Shown here: positions 23,468-38,094 of the stretch, in pieces
Layout: each line of letters opens with the position of its first letter
Numbering within the stretch: the first letter of the stretch is position 1
Assembly (NCBI RefSeq): GCF_018977255.1
Contig: NW_024704745.1
Location: 12,090,001 to 12,154,000 of the forward strand
Reading direction: 5' to 3'
Length of the DNA: 64,000 nucleotides
Source: Callorhinchus milii
Lineage: Eukaryota
Program-made: the position numbers and the translations under genes
Notes under the pieces: generated by a model
What the model was told of the DNA's origin: nothing
What the model saw: only the letters and a program-made list of their open reading frames with translations
The model's database searches: none

Positions 23468-23807
23468 ATAATAATAATCCTTGCATTTCATATAGCTCCT
23501 TATCACATCTTCGAAACGTCTCAAATCGCTTCACAGAATATGCTGTAAGGTGAGTTGATTGTATATTTTGTGGGTGAAACGTGGCTGTCACTGCACACAG
23601 CAGTATCCCACAAACAGTCCTGGATTCCGTGAATATATTTTAATTTTTTTCTTTTTGGAGGGAATATTACCCCCGGAAAAGTTATCTGCCAATCAGGTAA
23701 ACATGTGGTGTAAGGAAACTTTCCCAGCATTTCTCCCTGCCTGGGAGTTGAACCCAGGTCCTCTTGCTTGTGAGGTGAGCGCTCTAACCACTGAGCTATA
23801 GGACTCC
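23468..23807 (-). mobile_element. SINE family A, partial core
   Basis: GCTCTAACCACTGAGCTATAGGACTCC head at the right end, tail at the left end. Confidence 0.85.
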
Positions 23808-26800
23808 CAATTTGAATAAATCTTCCAGCCATTTCACTCAAGGCTGTTTATGGGACACTCCTGGATGCAAATTAACTGCTGAGTTTGCCTACAAATCCTG
23901 TGATGTACTTTGAGACGTTTCAACGATGTGGAAAGCGCTAAATCAAAAGCAAAGATTATTGTTAAGCAAGCATGCATAAATATGGACTAAATCCAGATTC
24001 TTATTATAAATCAGTCACTGATAAATCTCGAGTTTCCTCGAGTCCTGTAGTTCTTCAATTTAAGGTTAAGAATGTTATGAGGAGAGAAAACAAGGTAATA
24101 AGCAGCGTTTTGGTGATGGCAAGCTTGGATTTTGAAGCTTGTGGAGTGAAAGAGGAGGAAAATCAGGTTAAAGAGAGGAGGAAGAACATGTAAGTGTTAG
24201 CTCATTGAGTTTGTACCTGAAATTCTTCATAATGGGTCTAAATATTGTTTTAAAATTAAGGAGTTTGCATCGTAATTTAGAAGCTAATTTTCCATTTAAC
24301 GATCAGTACTGCAGATCAACTGGTCGCCAAATTAAGGTTGAATTTAAGATCCCAAATTCCACACAATCTTCAATTTTAAGGCAAAGGAACCAAGGAACTT
24401 AAGCAATTTTTATTGTGTAAACTTCATCCTCTGGGTCATTCAGACAGGACAAAGCTAAAGTTGTCATTCCGTCAACGTCATGTAAGGTACTTGGCTTGTG
24501 AATCCTGTCAGCTAAGTTCAATGACTGGTACATTTGTGAGCTGTTGAATCTGACATTAAAATGAATCAAAAGGAGGTGAACTCGTCCAGAGTGAGAGTTT
24601 TGCAAGTGGCTCAATTCCTTTTGTTAAATTGTTGTCACAGAAATCATTCATTGTCACAAGACTATTGGTACTTTAAAGGCTTATGACAATGGCCTGTGCA
24701 ACTTGTCCCTAACCTTTTCAACCTTAAATGTTATCAACTGACCCAAATTTATACAAGGCTTTTCCATATGATAGCGACTAAGTTTGAATGCACTTTATTT
24801 TTCCTTTTCCTTTCTTAACTAAAGAAGACAAGGGTGTAACGTAAGAGGCAACACTTCTACTATATGGAGAAGGTGACAAGGCGGGAAGTGACTGATCAGC
24901 CCTCCTGCCCGCAATTGCGATCAGGAGACAATTGTCCAGAGAGCAACAGGAGCAGACGCACAAGTCATCACTATTGTGTGGTACTGTACTGAATGCTGCA
25001 GTGTTCCTAAGAATGGCTTTTGAGCAGGGCTTTGTTTGAGATTCGAGCTTTTGACAAACAGTGGAATTGTTTTGTAAAGACACTGAGAAAATTTTGCATG
25101 AACACTGCAATATTAAAAGGAATGTTCAGCATTTATTTCTTCAGAATGAGAATGAGCACCTACCTCAGGGCTGGTTAAAAACCAGAACCCAATACAGTGA
25201 TTCAATGAAGCTGAATAGAAAAGTAGGAGCTGAAGCTGAACTTAGCTGGCAAATCTGAAGCCCCCAAATGCCACAATTAAATAGTAAGATTATTTTGCCA
25301 AGATTGTGAAATAAATCTCTAATTTCAGTCTTGGTATGGAAGATGTTTTGTTTTAAGATCTGCAGAAAATCAACTTTTAAATTAAGACTGAATTAAAGAA
25401 TTTTCCACACTTCTGCATGATGTTACATTTCAAGAGAAAAGATGAGACGAGGTGGAATTTCAGGCCTCAAAATAAGCTCTGAACAAATATTGGGTCCATT
25501 TGGAGCTAAATTTAAAACTGAAATAAATGCAATCATTTGAAGGTTAATTGCGTGTTATTTAATCCCTCTGATATGTTTGGATTCTGTTAAAATTAATCTG
25601 TACTTTACTACCCACTTAATGACTCGCTTACTCACAGTAATTGGAGCGTGTGATGATTTGTTGGGTTGTTTTTCTGATGAATCAATCAGTTCTGTTGAGA
25701 GTTAGATCGTTGAAAGGAGATTGAAACTGTAAAACTCCTGGAATTCAACTTGCCATAGTAACAACAATGATAGGAGGGTGGTCGAAAGAGGAAGGTCTTG
25801 ACACATGCCTTGAAGGAGCGAGGCGACGGGAATGTCGGATGGAGTTCCAAAGGATGGGGGGCCGAGAGGCTGCGAGCAGTGCAACTCCTTTCTTTCCCCT
25901 CATGTCTCTAATGAGAAGGCCTAAGTATAAGTTTTAACAATCAAATGTTGGCTGCTCTACTTAACTGTATACCATAGTACAGTCTGAGATGTGCACAGAC
26001 AGTGTTAAATGGCAGCTGTCAGGCAGCTGTTCAAAGCAATGATAAAAGGCCATTTTATCTTCTTATCTGAAATGCTTGCACTTCATAAAGCCAAGTCAAC
26101 TGGAGTTGAACTCTTCCCCTTAGTCAGTGGCAGGATGTTAAAGGTCCAATACTGCTTGGCAGGCCTTTCCCAAAGGAAGCTCTCTGCTTTGAGTGGCCAC
26201 CATATAGTGGACTGACGTGTTTGTCACTGCTCCTGTTGACAGCTACAGCTGCTTCGGTCCCAGGACGATGATCAGATCCTGTTTATTTATGAAGTGCAAC
26301 ACAACAGGGCATTAAGAATGCTCTAAGCAGGTCAAAGGTAAATGAACACCCAAGCATGTCAGATGAGTGAAACGACAATTCATGACATGATGTTTTCTTT
26401 ACCTTTGACACGGAGACCATTCTATTACTTCCTAACCCATTGGAAAAGAGTGAATAAAGGTGCTCGAAATCAATAACACTCAACGCAAGTGACTGGGTGG
26501 CACAGTGCGTCAAACCACTTGTTTGCCACTAATGCTGGGTTTCTAGTTGGCCTCTAGTTGCAACACGAGTGGTTCGCCCACAAAATACAGTCAATCCACT
26601 TTACAACATATCCCGTGAGGTGCTTTGAGATGTCTCAACAACATGATAATGTACTGTATCAAATGAAAGGATTATTATTAGTATTTAACTGAAGTGCTGG
26701 AGCAGAACCTGATTGTAAGCATCTCTGCTCTGTATCTGTTCTGTTCCCTTTAAGACAGAGAGCAACCTTGGTGGAGGAAGAAAATAGTGCCAAACGGTCT

Positions 26801-29460
26801 CTGGTGTGTGAAATAGAAAAAGTGCCCTCACTGCCCATTTAAGCTTTGGAATGCAATACAGTATGTAGGCTTTTGGTGACGAGTGTGTTCTCTTACACTA
26901 GTTAACTCTTCATTCCCACTTAGAATGGGAATCCGACTTCTAAGCGCTGATTGAAAAGCTCACTTGAGTTGGTGGCCAACGTTAGTTAAGATTCCCAGCT
27001 TCCCACCCTCTCTCCCACCATTTAGAATTTTAAGATATTTCCAGAAAGGACCCTCGGAAACAGTACTATTTTGTGCAGCAACAGAGAATTAGGAACCCCA
27101 GTGATAGTGCTGCATTTAACTGACAGGGATCCTGACCTGGGAATGCTGGAGACTGACATTCAGTGCACTGATTTTATTAGCTCAGGTCCCTGGTTAGGCT
27201 CATTGTCGTCACTCCCTGAGTTTTTATTTTCATCATGTAAACAAATATCCTGATGATTCAGAGAACACAAGTCCCAGTGAGATCTGTGCTGCATTCAGGG
27301 TCCCGTGTAGTAACATTCCGAAGTTGTAGTAAAGACATGGTACTCTGTTACATGTTTCACTATCAATCTCGCTCTTAGCTTCACGAATGGCAATGTATTT
27401 CTGTGCAGTGGCACATGTTGGGCCATTCTATCTTTCAGTTTTTATTTTCTGAAGGATAACGCAAAAAGGGTTAAGATAGCAAACTTTACCATGATCTGTT
27501 AATTAACACTAAAACACCAAATCTTTAGCCTATTGGTTCATGCATACATGTCTTTCCATAGAACATTAAAGGAATATGGGACAATTTAGTAGAATGTGCA
27601 TTTTCTTTAGGTGCATGGGAAAATGTATCGGCAAATAGGGAGGGAGCTCTTGTATGCATGTACATTTTGGTTTCATTTGAAAAGAACTGAAGTGTTGTCA
27701 AACATGGACTACAGTGAAACGCCTGAGGGAGAGAGGGTGATATCAAGTTGTGGGTGATGCCCTATATATTGACACTGCTTCAGCTATTAATTGGGAGGAA
27801 GAAATCTCTTAAATCTTTTACCCTGCCTCTCAACTGACAGCGACTGAATGGAAGAAAGTGCACCATTCCAACTTACGGTGGCTGTGGGGAGAAAAAGAAC
27901 TCTTAATGGGAAATTTTGATGAAAATACAATGCAAAATGTGCTCAAAATACAAATCCGATAGAATTGTGCAGTATTGATGCAGTAACCCATCACTGTCAC
28001 GTATCACGCTTGCATAATTGCTTTCTCATTTCCTCATAGGCACTTGCTCATTTTTATCATGTTATTTTCCCTCAGTGCTCTGAACAGCTGTATCTGAAAG
28101 ACCCTGAGCAGGTTTGTGAGAAAGCTATTTTAAGCCATATCCCTCTCTAATTGGGATCCCAATTTAATGTCTGTGCCTATATACCATATAATTTTTAATA
28201 TGGCATCTTTCACTGGGATGGGGCTGTGAGGATCACAAAGCACCAGATGACTGGTAGGTTTCACATTTATGATTTTCAACTTCCTATTGAGTGACCTGTT
28301 CATTCCCTGTCCTCACTTTCTTCCGCATTATGATACATTTCAAGTTCATTTTGGTCTTAAGTTTGCTCCCATGGGATGAAAATGGGACATCCCATGTGGT
28401 AATTAACATTGTCATATTATTGCGTCATCAAAAGTTCTGTCAGTTTAGTCTCAGTCAATTTACTCACTGCAATTGTCCAACAAACAGCCGTGAAGTGAAT
28501 GTCCAATTTGCCCAGAGGAAACATTGTCCAGGACACAGGGAGACACTCCACCCCCATTTTTTAAAATAGTTTCATGGGATATTTAATGGCCACCTGAATA
28601 GCCAGGCAAGACCTCACCACCGCCAACAGTACAAAGCTCCCTTAAAACTGCACTGAATTATGTCAAGATATCTCATTAGTAGTGAGGAAAAAGGTTAACA
28701 TGTGTTGCCCTAATGTCAAGACAATTTGAAGTTAGCCTTGAGAATGCTGAGTAACTTTCATGAAAAATAGTCTCATTTGACATATGCCAAAATTGGCAGA
28801 CTGTCACATCATGTCAACTGTGATCCTTCTCTTATCCTTGCAGATGACATGCCAGTCAACGATTATTAAAAGAACATTCTGCTAAATCACTGAGATTGCT
28901 GGATAAATGAGTGTTGGGTGACATGCCCAGTACACGGCAATTAGTAGCATTGAGTGTTTCACAAAGGCTTTGCAAGTGAAAGATACATTGCTGTCATTAG
29001 ATTGAAGCAGATTACAGCAAAGAATCTTTTTTTCCTCTTGGTTTGCCTGGCTGGAGACGGGTGTTGTGCATCTTTGCCAAGGGCTCCACTACCTTTGCCT
29101 CACACTCAGAGTCAATTGCCCTGTTTCCAAACTCCCGCAGTGTTTCTGAAGGTCCCATCATCAACTTTGGTTTGTTTAGTAGAATAGATTCTTGTGGGTG
29201 GGGGAAGATATGAGCACATGTTACGGTGATGATGGACAAAGTGTTGGAAGATTTTTGTCACATTTTTTAGAAAATGTTTTTCTCCACTGGGGTAAGTTTG
29301 TGTGATTAACATTAGGAATGCATTATGAAACACGGCAAACTTTATCCAGAATAACTCCTACTGGTTGCACTTTCATAGGAACTCTGGTATCTCAACCGTC
29401 ATGTGCTCATCCATCATGAGGCTGGACAGAGAGTGTAAGCCTGGTTCTTTCCTCGCCCGA

Positions 29461-30360
29461 CAATAACTTGCACCTATAAAGCACCCTCCACGCAGGGTAG
29501 TGTCTCAGAACGCTTATCAGTGGCAAGGGCGGTGGTGGGGGGGGGGGAGGTGACTGTAAGCACAGTCAAAAAGGAAGGTTTTCAGGTGGGACTTGAAAAA
29601 GGGTAGAGAGGCAACAAGGAGGAGGGATTGAGGGAAAGTGTTCCACAGTTTTGGGGCATAGTGGCTGAAAGCGCAACCTCCAGTGGTGGAGCGGAGGGTG
29701 GGAGGGATGAGCAAGTGGCCAATGCCAGTCAAGTGGAGGCACTGGGTGGTAGATTGGGGAGTGAGGAGGTTGGAGAGGTAGGGAAGTGCAAGGGAGTGAA
29801 TGGATTTAGACACGTGTGAGGATCTTGAAGTCGATCCATTCGGTGATGTGGAGCCTGGCCAGAACTGGTGAGATGTGAGTACGGAGTTTGGTCCGGGTAA
29901 GTATGCGGGCGGCAGAGTTCTGAATGAGCTGGATTTTTTGAATAGTGGGGCTGGGGAGCCCAGCGAGGAGTGCATTTGAATAATCCAGGCAGGAGGTGAC
30001 GAGCGGATGCACAAGGGTTTCGGCTGCATTTGGGGTAAGGTATGGTTGGAACTGAGCAATGTGATGGAGGTGGGCAAAGGTGGTCCTAGTCAGGGACCAA
30101 TGTGGGGGAGGAAGCACAACTGGGGGACAAACTGGACTCCTAGATTGTGCATTGATTCGGTGAGTTTGAGGGAGAGCCCAGGGAGGTTGCGGAGTTTAGA
30201 TCCGCAGGAGTGAAGACACTGACGGGAGCCAAAGAGTATGGTTTCTGTCTTGTCCACATTCAGCTGCAGGAAGCTTGCACTCATCCAGACCCTGATGTCT
30301 GGCAGACAAGCTGATAGAACATCGGCGGAGCTGTAGTCGATGCTGGAGGAGGCAAAGTAG
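29461..30360 (-). mobile_element. L2 LINE 3' fragment, degenerate
   Basis: Minus frames: NVDKTETILFGSRQ, AAETLVHPLVTSCLDYSNALLAGLP, AFSHYAPKLWN. The 3' tail at ~29461-29515 has the ACCCTG-loop variant. Confidence 0.88.
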
Positions 30361-30754
30361 ATTCACACACACGCACTTCCCAGGAAGTCTGGCCATTGAT
30401 AGTGAATTTTCTAAATATCAACACCATCCATCCAGGACTAGTTTTTGAAGTATAATATGTGAAAGTGTATGCAATATGCATTTCTGAAAAATAAATAGCG
30501 ATCAGAAGGAGCAGACTTTAGGTTATCTCCCCCCAGTACAATTATGTTTTATTTCTTCATCATCTAACTCCTGTAGCCATGGGGAATGGAGTGTCTGATG
30601 TGATAATTATCACATAACATATTGCATCTCTCCTTCACTCAACCTTCCCCATTTTCCATGCTAATTGGTACACTGTGTGTCTTATTCCAAAGATTAGTGC
30701 CATACAGTGAAGCAGTGTTGCTTCAGGCAGAGCAAAGCTTATAAATAAAAATAA

Positions 30755-31048
30755 ATAATCCTTGCATTTGATATAGCGCTTTTCATACCTTCTGGACATC
30801 TCAAAGTGCTTCACAGAATATACTGTAAAGTGAATTGACTTTATATTTATGGGTGGAACTGGGCAGCCAATTGCGCACAGCAGTGTCCTTCAAACAGTCG
30901 TGGATTGAAGTGTCCAATTTTATTACTTTTTTTCTTGAGGAATTATTATCAGGCGTGTGGTCTAAGGAAACGTGCCCAAGGTTCACCCTGTCAGGAATCA
31001 AACCTAGGTCTCTCGCTTGCGAGGTGAGTGCTCTAACCACTGAGCTAA
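30755..31048 (-). mobile_element. SINE family A, core-deleted variant
   Basis: Same CACACGCCT|GATAATAAT junction as 16009-16322 on the minus strand. Confidence 0.85.
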
Positions 31049-33060
31049 ACGAGAGAACATCTACACAGGGTATGGTTGTCCATGAATTATACAAGCAATG
31101 AACTTATGACAAGTCTCATAAGGTTCTACTGGTTGCTGAGGTGACTGGGAATTGATACAGTCAACTTGACCTGTTGGCCAAATAGGTACAGAAAGATAAT
31201 TGCCTTAAATAAATTTACATTGCCTGGGCAACTACTCAAGGTCTAATATGTCCTTTTCTCTCCGGATCAGTAATCCTCTTTTATTTTCTTTCACGCAGGT
31301 TTGAGTTGCTCACTTTACAAACCTTCCAAGTCACACACTTCACTCAGCACAAACACAGCATGTTTCAGTGATCTGCAGCCGTCACATTAGGACCACTGTT
31401 CTGAAAAGAAACATTTAGTTTCACATTTGCCCTTACCCTGTGAGTGCTGGCAGTGCAGGAGAATGAAAAGTTTGGACCCTATGAACTCTCAAATGGCTTC
31501 AGTAGTCTCTAATCAGGCATGGTCCTGTTTGCTGCAAAGTGAAGCTCGCTTTACATTGACCTACCAACATGCATTATCCGTCGTTCGGATGAAACATTGG
31601 ATCAAAGTCCCGTCTGTCTCTTCAGGTTTATTTGAAGATCCCATGACACTATTCCAAAAGAGAAGGGAGCCATCTCCTGATGTCCTGACCATCATTCCTC
31701 ATAGATTAATTTGTCATTCATCTTCTAGATGTACAAGCAACTGGAAACTTGCTCTCAATAGCAAGCTATGCTGTTTTAGCTATTAAACTCCAGCAGCATC
31801 CCAATGCATACTCTGGGTTCCCCAAACTTTGTCTCTGTGCCTAATAATCTCTGGAATTAGGTAAGCAATGTGCATCCCTTGAGCAACAGAGTTTGCATTC
31901 CATTCCAGGGAAATTCTCATGCATGGCTGGCATGCATACATGATACTCAGTTTGGTTTGGACACTCAAGCATGTTGATGGGTTTTCACATGTGCCAGACA
32001 CTTGGCTGGCCAAAACAAATCTTTGTTTGTAAGCATCCAGATCTCTGAAGAGAATTTTTTCTAATTGCTAAACTATTGTTGTGATTTCCATGATTGTGCC
32101 AAGCTAAAGTAATGTGAATTGGACGTCAGTTTTGTGTTGTTAGGGTGAAATATATTGTATTTCATAAATGTGACCACATTAAATGCAGAAAAAATATTAT
32201 TGAACTCCTCCAGTCCAAAAATGGAATGAGATTTCCAACAACATTTCAGAAAACTGAATTAAAGGCTGAAAATTGTTCTTAATAACTTGGAGCAATATTG
32301 CAATTGATCATTCACCTCAAGGCTGATTGTGGAATTTTTGTTGTTGCTGCCAATTAAACAGTCACTACACTTGATAATTTCTATGACGTGCTTTGTGATG
32401 TTTCAGCTTCCTTGTGTTTCAGCACTGTAAAAATGCAGGTGGGTTTTCTTCTTAACAGAACTCCTGTTTCAATTGCCAACCTCTGGGCAGTGGAATACAG
32501 AAAGCTCACTTGATGGATGAGGTCTACAGGACTTTGCTCAAACTGAGATTAAAGTTATTGAATTAAGCCCCCCAGAAATATCATCACTACTCTTGCTGCC
32601 CAGCTCCACACACCTTGGGCATCAACAGAGGTTTTAATTAGTTTTTGGCTCACATGTCGGGGCTCAGAAATATGCTGGAACCTGTCCCCAAACCCAATGC
32701 ATCAAGTTTCAGTTTGGGAGTACAGGGTGCAGGTCGACAGTGTCTGATGCCAGTCTTTCAGTTTAATTACTCAGTCTGTGCCAAAACTCAGCAGATGGTA
32801 TAATTAAAAATAAAATGTGCAAATGAGCTGCCTTATTCTAATACACCTTTCTATTTCATCAGTCTGAAGCAGGCTCTAGTACACCACAGCAATTTATTTT
32901 GTTTTCCCCCATGGTTTTTAAATAATACAATAGCTTGTAATCGCTGTCAGAAGATTTGCTCAATGGAAGATTTAATGTTGTCTGGAATTTGTAAAAAAGA
33001 CAGTTTGTAACCTGTTATATTTGTAAAATGGATTTTTGCTTGTTTAATACGTTCTAATGT

Positions 33061-33412
33061 GGACTCCTGTAGTTTAGTGGTTAGAGCACTTGCCTCTCAA
33101 GCGAAAGGACCTAGGTTCGAGTCGCGGCAATGCTAAACGTTGGGCAAGTTTGTTCGCTCCACATCTCTCTTTGTGCCTAGCAGTAAGTAGGAACCTGGTT
33201 GTCATTTGATTGACGATCGCTTTTCTGGGAGTTTAAAGCAAGGGTTTTATTCCTTTTATGAAAAAATGTGGTCACTCAATCCATGACTGTTTCACAATAC
33301 ACACTGCTGTGCACAATTGGCTGCCACATTTCGCCCACATGATATACATTCAATTCACTTTACAGTATATTCTGTGAAGCGCTTTGAGAAGTGCGATAAG
33401 GTGCTATATCAA
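33061..33412 (+). mobile_element. SINE family A
   Basis: GGACTCCTGTAGTTTAGTGGTTAGAGC head, GGTTCGAGTC B box, core and tail. Confidence 0.85.
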
Positions 33413-34554
33413 GATGCCGAATTACAGAGAATTTAAGAGGTTATTTTGCTGTGTTATGAATATATAACTAGAAGGATTTTCAGAGAGTTTCTAGGCGTAG
33501 GAGACTAGGTGATGCGGGTAAGGTTACAGGTTCAAATTCTAGTCTGCTGTTAGTTGATATTATCTAGGCCAGTACTTGAGGGTGTTAGAATTAATAATCC
33601 TTGTAATAATAATCCCTGCATTTGATATAGTGCCTTATCGCGTCATTGAAATGCCTCACTTCACGGGATATACTGTAATACGATGTGGCAGTGTGTATTT
33701 TATAGGTGAACAAAGCAGCCAATTTTGCACGATGCAATCTCCTACAAACAGCCATGAAGGGAATACATTGTTTTAGATGAGGGATTATTCGACAAACTTG
33801 TTTGTATTAGTGGAGGGGAAAGGCAGGATTCCCACCACTGATTGCTACCCATCACTCCTTGCCATCCGGTGCCCCCTGCTGAAGGTTGTGCAGGGAACAA
33901 CAACTTGCATTCATATAGTGCCCTTCATGCAGGATACTGTCTCGGAGCACTTAATGGTGGAACTTGACACCGAACCGGGGAGAAAGAGGAGGTGTCCATA
34001 GACACAGTTGAAAAGAGGGTCTTCAGGTGTGATCTCAGGTGTGACATAGGATGATAGGATCAGGGTCAGCTTCGATGCTCAGTTATGATCATGGTCATAT
34101 AACCTGCAGTGCACACTGTCAAGGCTAACGCAGAAATGGTGTCCACCTGTGCAAGGCCTAGTCAATGACTGGCAAGAGGAGGAGGAGGGAGTAATAATAA
34201 CTGAATTTGATACAGCGCCTTATCACAGGGGGCTGGGGGAGTTTGGCAGGGCTGGGGAGGGAATGTTTACAAGACTTGCAATTGTATACAGAGTCCATGT
34301 GACTGTTTCCTGATATACACAAATACCACTCGTGGATGTAGTGTATTAGTACAGTAGTTGAGGATTTACAGGATTTACAAAAAGCTAAGTATTCTATATT
34401 TAGAGATGTTTGATATAAATCATTTGCATCTCCTGCCCTATGTATGGTTTTCAAATCATTTTCCACTTAGAAATTATAGGATGCCACCTGGTGTAGTCGC
34501 TGGTCACTTGTGTGAAACTATTCCAGAGGGAAGTTGATTAATTCTTGTTTAATG

Positions 34555-34870
34555 AGGCGTTTTGGTCACTGCAACATAAGGCGGCTGCCCAGGCTCTAGA
34601 GGCAGTGTGTAGAGGAGAGCAACGAGGCTAATCCCCAGTGTTAAAGAGGAATGAGCTGTGAGAAATAACTGCATAATCCAGGGCTCTTCATCCTCAAAAA
34701 GAGACTGGTCAAAGGGGACATTACTGAACTACATAAAATGATAATCGGATAGAATAGTAAACCCAAAACAGTGCTTTCAGATACACCAAGGGAGTAGGAT
34801 GAAAGGGCATGTTCAGCGGTGTGAAAAGCAATTTTAATACAGGCATTGAGAAGCAGTTCTTTATAAAGTG
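34555..34870 (+). mobile_element. CR1-clade LINE ORF2 C-terminal remnant
   Basis: GTTTTGGTCACTGCAACATAAG...GGCTCTAGAGGCAGTG...GGGCTCTTCATCCTCAAAAAGAGA...AGGGGACATTACTGA resembles the CR1 ORF2 3' region as I recall it. Highly decayed. Confidence 0.6.
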
Positions 34871-37534
34871 GAATGGTCAGGGTCGGACTCCACCACTGTC
34901 AAGTGCTCTGGGGCACTACCCTGAGTGAAGGGCACTACATAAATGTAAGTTGTTAAGTGGGTTTATATTCGGTGCTCACGACGACGACACCTTGCATTTA
35001 CATAGGACGCTTCTTGTGTCTCAGAGCGCTTAAAGACTTGATGACAAATTGATTGTGATTTGGACAGCCGTTAAACATGTGGTGAGAATGGAGGCTAAGG
35101 TAGTACAAATTGTGACGAGTGTTGCTCATAACACCACCTGGAGGAGGTGCTTTCAAGAGTATGGGACTCACACACTGCATTAAGAATAATGCAGTTGTGA
35201 ATCACACTGGGCCCATTCCCCTATGGTGGGTTGGGAGGTCTTGAATCATCCAACCCACTTATTTTAGTGTTACAGAGTGACGTTGCTATTAAACACTTTT
35301 CGAGTGTGAATTCACTTATCCTTTGCACTGGGGTTGCTGAAATTGTGCTACATTTCTGGAGTGAACTGACGAGCTTCCTGTGCATGCAGGAACCAACTGC
35401 TCATTCAAGATAACTATTCCTCTCTCTCTATCCCGCACACGTTTCTGACATTATTTAAGTAGCGGTAGCTACCGTTGAGGAACTCCACACAATGAAACAT
35501 GTTCAGATGGAGAGGAACTGCTTCTGTGTTTAGGGTTGAATATTAAGGACTATATTACACAGATCACTAAAAGTACTTGAATCTTTTCATTGCGTTGTTA
35601 TGATGACCCAGTTCTCTTTGGCCACAGCACTTTTTATTTAGTCAGCAGAGTGTCTGACACGTGCAGGAACCATGACCATGCGTAAGAGTATCCAATCCGA
35701 AACAAGATGTTTATTAGAATGGAATGTGCATTCTCACCCTGGAGGGATACATCCATCTTAATTAATTCCGGAAAGCATTAGTGCAGGTTGGTAAGAGCCA
35801 AGTTTTGGAGACCCCAGAGTGTGTTGGGGTACTGCTGGAGTCTAACCAGCTAAAATAATTAATCTATAATCCTTGCATTTGATTATCGCGCCTTATCACG
35901 TCATTGAGACGTTTCAAAGCGTTTTACGGAATATACTGTAAAGTGAATTGACTGTATATTTTGCAGGCAAAAAACCACATTGAGAGCATTGTCTGGCAAG
36001 CTTTCCCACTGTTTGTCCAGCTAGGACCTCCCAATCCATCAGGAGTTTGGCTTGCAGGGTTAATAGGAGCTGAGTGGGAAGAATTCCTACTCAATTCCCT
36101 TTGGTCACAGTACAGTAGTTGTATTGACTTATATAGTTTATTGAAGCGAAAATTAAAGGAACATCGAGCTGCCTCATATTCTGGGCTTTTTTTAAACTAA
36201 TATTTTTAATAAACTATTTACTACAAGTATAAAACCTTATTTTAGTAGTTAGTTCCTTGGAACTTGCGTTAACAAAATAATAGTAACCTCTTAAGAGTAA
36301 CAACAAGAGCAAATTGCATTTATATAACTCCTTTCACATCAGGAAGATGGCCCAAGGCACTGGCAATGAGGGGTTTACACCTGAGCTGCAGGTTGGGATC
36401 AGAGAGTGCTGAGGCCAAGGGGAAGGAGGAGGGAAGAAGGTACGGTCGAAAAGTAAGGTTTTGATTGTGCCTTGAAGGAGGCAAGGGATGGCAAGACAAG
36501 AGGAAACCTTATAAACAGATAGATAATAGTGCGCTGGATGAAGCCTCTCCTCCCCCTGTTAATTTTTCATGTCTTTAATGCAGAGTGCTCAAATACTGTG
36601 TGAGGTCATCCATCTCCCAGCCCAGCCAAGTACCGGTGAAACTCACTCACTCACTCACTCACTGTAAATAATGTGAGTTTGAATGTCAGCTGTGAGGCAG
36701 AGAATCTTGCGCTTCATCCATCACTGTTGCTTCTAAATGTAATTTTTTTACATTGCTGTTCAAATGAGTTCTAAGCTTCCAATAATGTGCATTTCATTTA
36801 TAGCCACGGACAGAAGAAGCTCCAGGTATTTGGTGCCTTCCCGATGTGGAGAGCTATTCCCCTTTTACCCAGCGGCTCAGATCTCAGAATGGATTCTGCT
36901 GCATGGATGAAATCCTAATTTAATTGCTGTCAGAGAGGCCACTTTGTTTAGAAGATTTCAGTCAGGGTGGCGGATGACACCAATGGGCAGAGGAGGCAGG
37001 GGAAACTGTCAGACAGTTGTGATGCTGTCATACATATGTCGGCATCCTAAACGTGATTACTTGCAGAGAAAAAAACAGTATCCAATTGAAGAAATATTTA
37101 CACTAGGGATGAATTCATTCATCACACACACGTTAACGGTGCTCTGAATCTTAACGTTTTGAGAATACAAATAAACCTTTGCAACAGAGCACACAACTGG
37201 AGAACCTCCAGATTCTGTGATAAATTCATGTGTCGTTTCCACCCTGACCAACATAAAACATAATCCTTGCCCCTTCCACACACACTAAATTAACATGAAG
37301 TTTAAAAGGCTATCTGTCTCGCTCAATTAATCAATCCCACTGACTTCTAATAACAGATTGTACAATGCACTGCAGAAGGTTGATCACTAACCATCCATCT
37401 CTAAAATCTGGGATAAAAGTCTCTCTCTCTTATGGGGTAAGGATCCTTCCAATACGAACTGTGTTTGGGCAGGCTCAACCTAGTTCTCAGTAAGTGTGCA
37501 TTCACAGCATAAACTCAACCATATTTCAGCATTA

Positions 37535-37845
37535 ATTACCACTGAGTTAGTGTCAGAAGGTTGTGAGTTCAAGCCCTACATCTACCGTGCTTCAGCTCAT
37601 TGTCTGAGCCAGCACTCCAGTGCAGTGCCAGATGTTGGTATTTGCAAAAGCCATTAACTGAAGTCCCAAAGGCCTTTTCTTCAGGAGGGTATTAAAGATT
37701 CTATGAAGTTGTTTGACAAGAAAATGCAGTTGTTTGTGGAACGTCGCTGAGGCAAATGGTTACCGCGTTTGCTGAATGGTTACACATTGTAGAGCACTTT
37801 AAGACATTTCAACATTATAAGACACTATAAAATTGCAAGCTTCTC
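37535..37845 (+). mobile_element. SINE family B, decayed
   Basis: GTCAGAAGGTTGTGAGTTCAAGCCC...CACTCCAGTGCAGTGC...AAAGATTCTATG plus a decayed tail. Confidence 0.6.
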
Positions 37846-38094
37846 TTGCTCTCTTTGTAACTGGTTACTTTGCTCACATTATTCATGACCTATTCTGGCA
37901 GCATTCCATAGACCTTTATTAAGTTAAGTGAGATGAAAAGAGTTTGACTACCTGCAAAACAATTCTAGCTTTGATTCCAACAGTCTATTAAGATTGCCCC
38001 TAACAGTTGTTAAAGGTGCAGTTGTGATTGAAGTGTTGCTTGTGTGGATAATGCCTGTTTTCTAACATTGTGCATGTATGTGTTGCTCTTCCAG

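Noticed and set aside
35595-35662. Possible C/D box snoRNA (ATGATGA ... CTGA)
   Set aside because: The terminal stem is weak, there are no clear C'/D' boxes, and I recognise no rRNA-complementary guide. Such motifs arise by chance.
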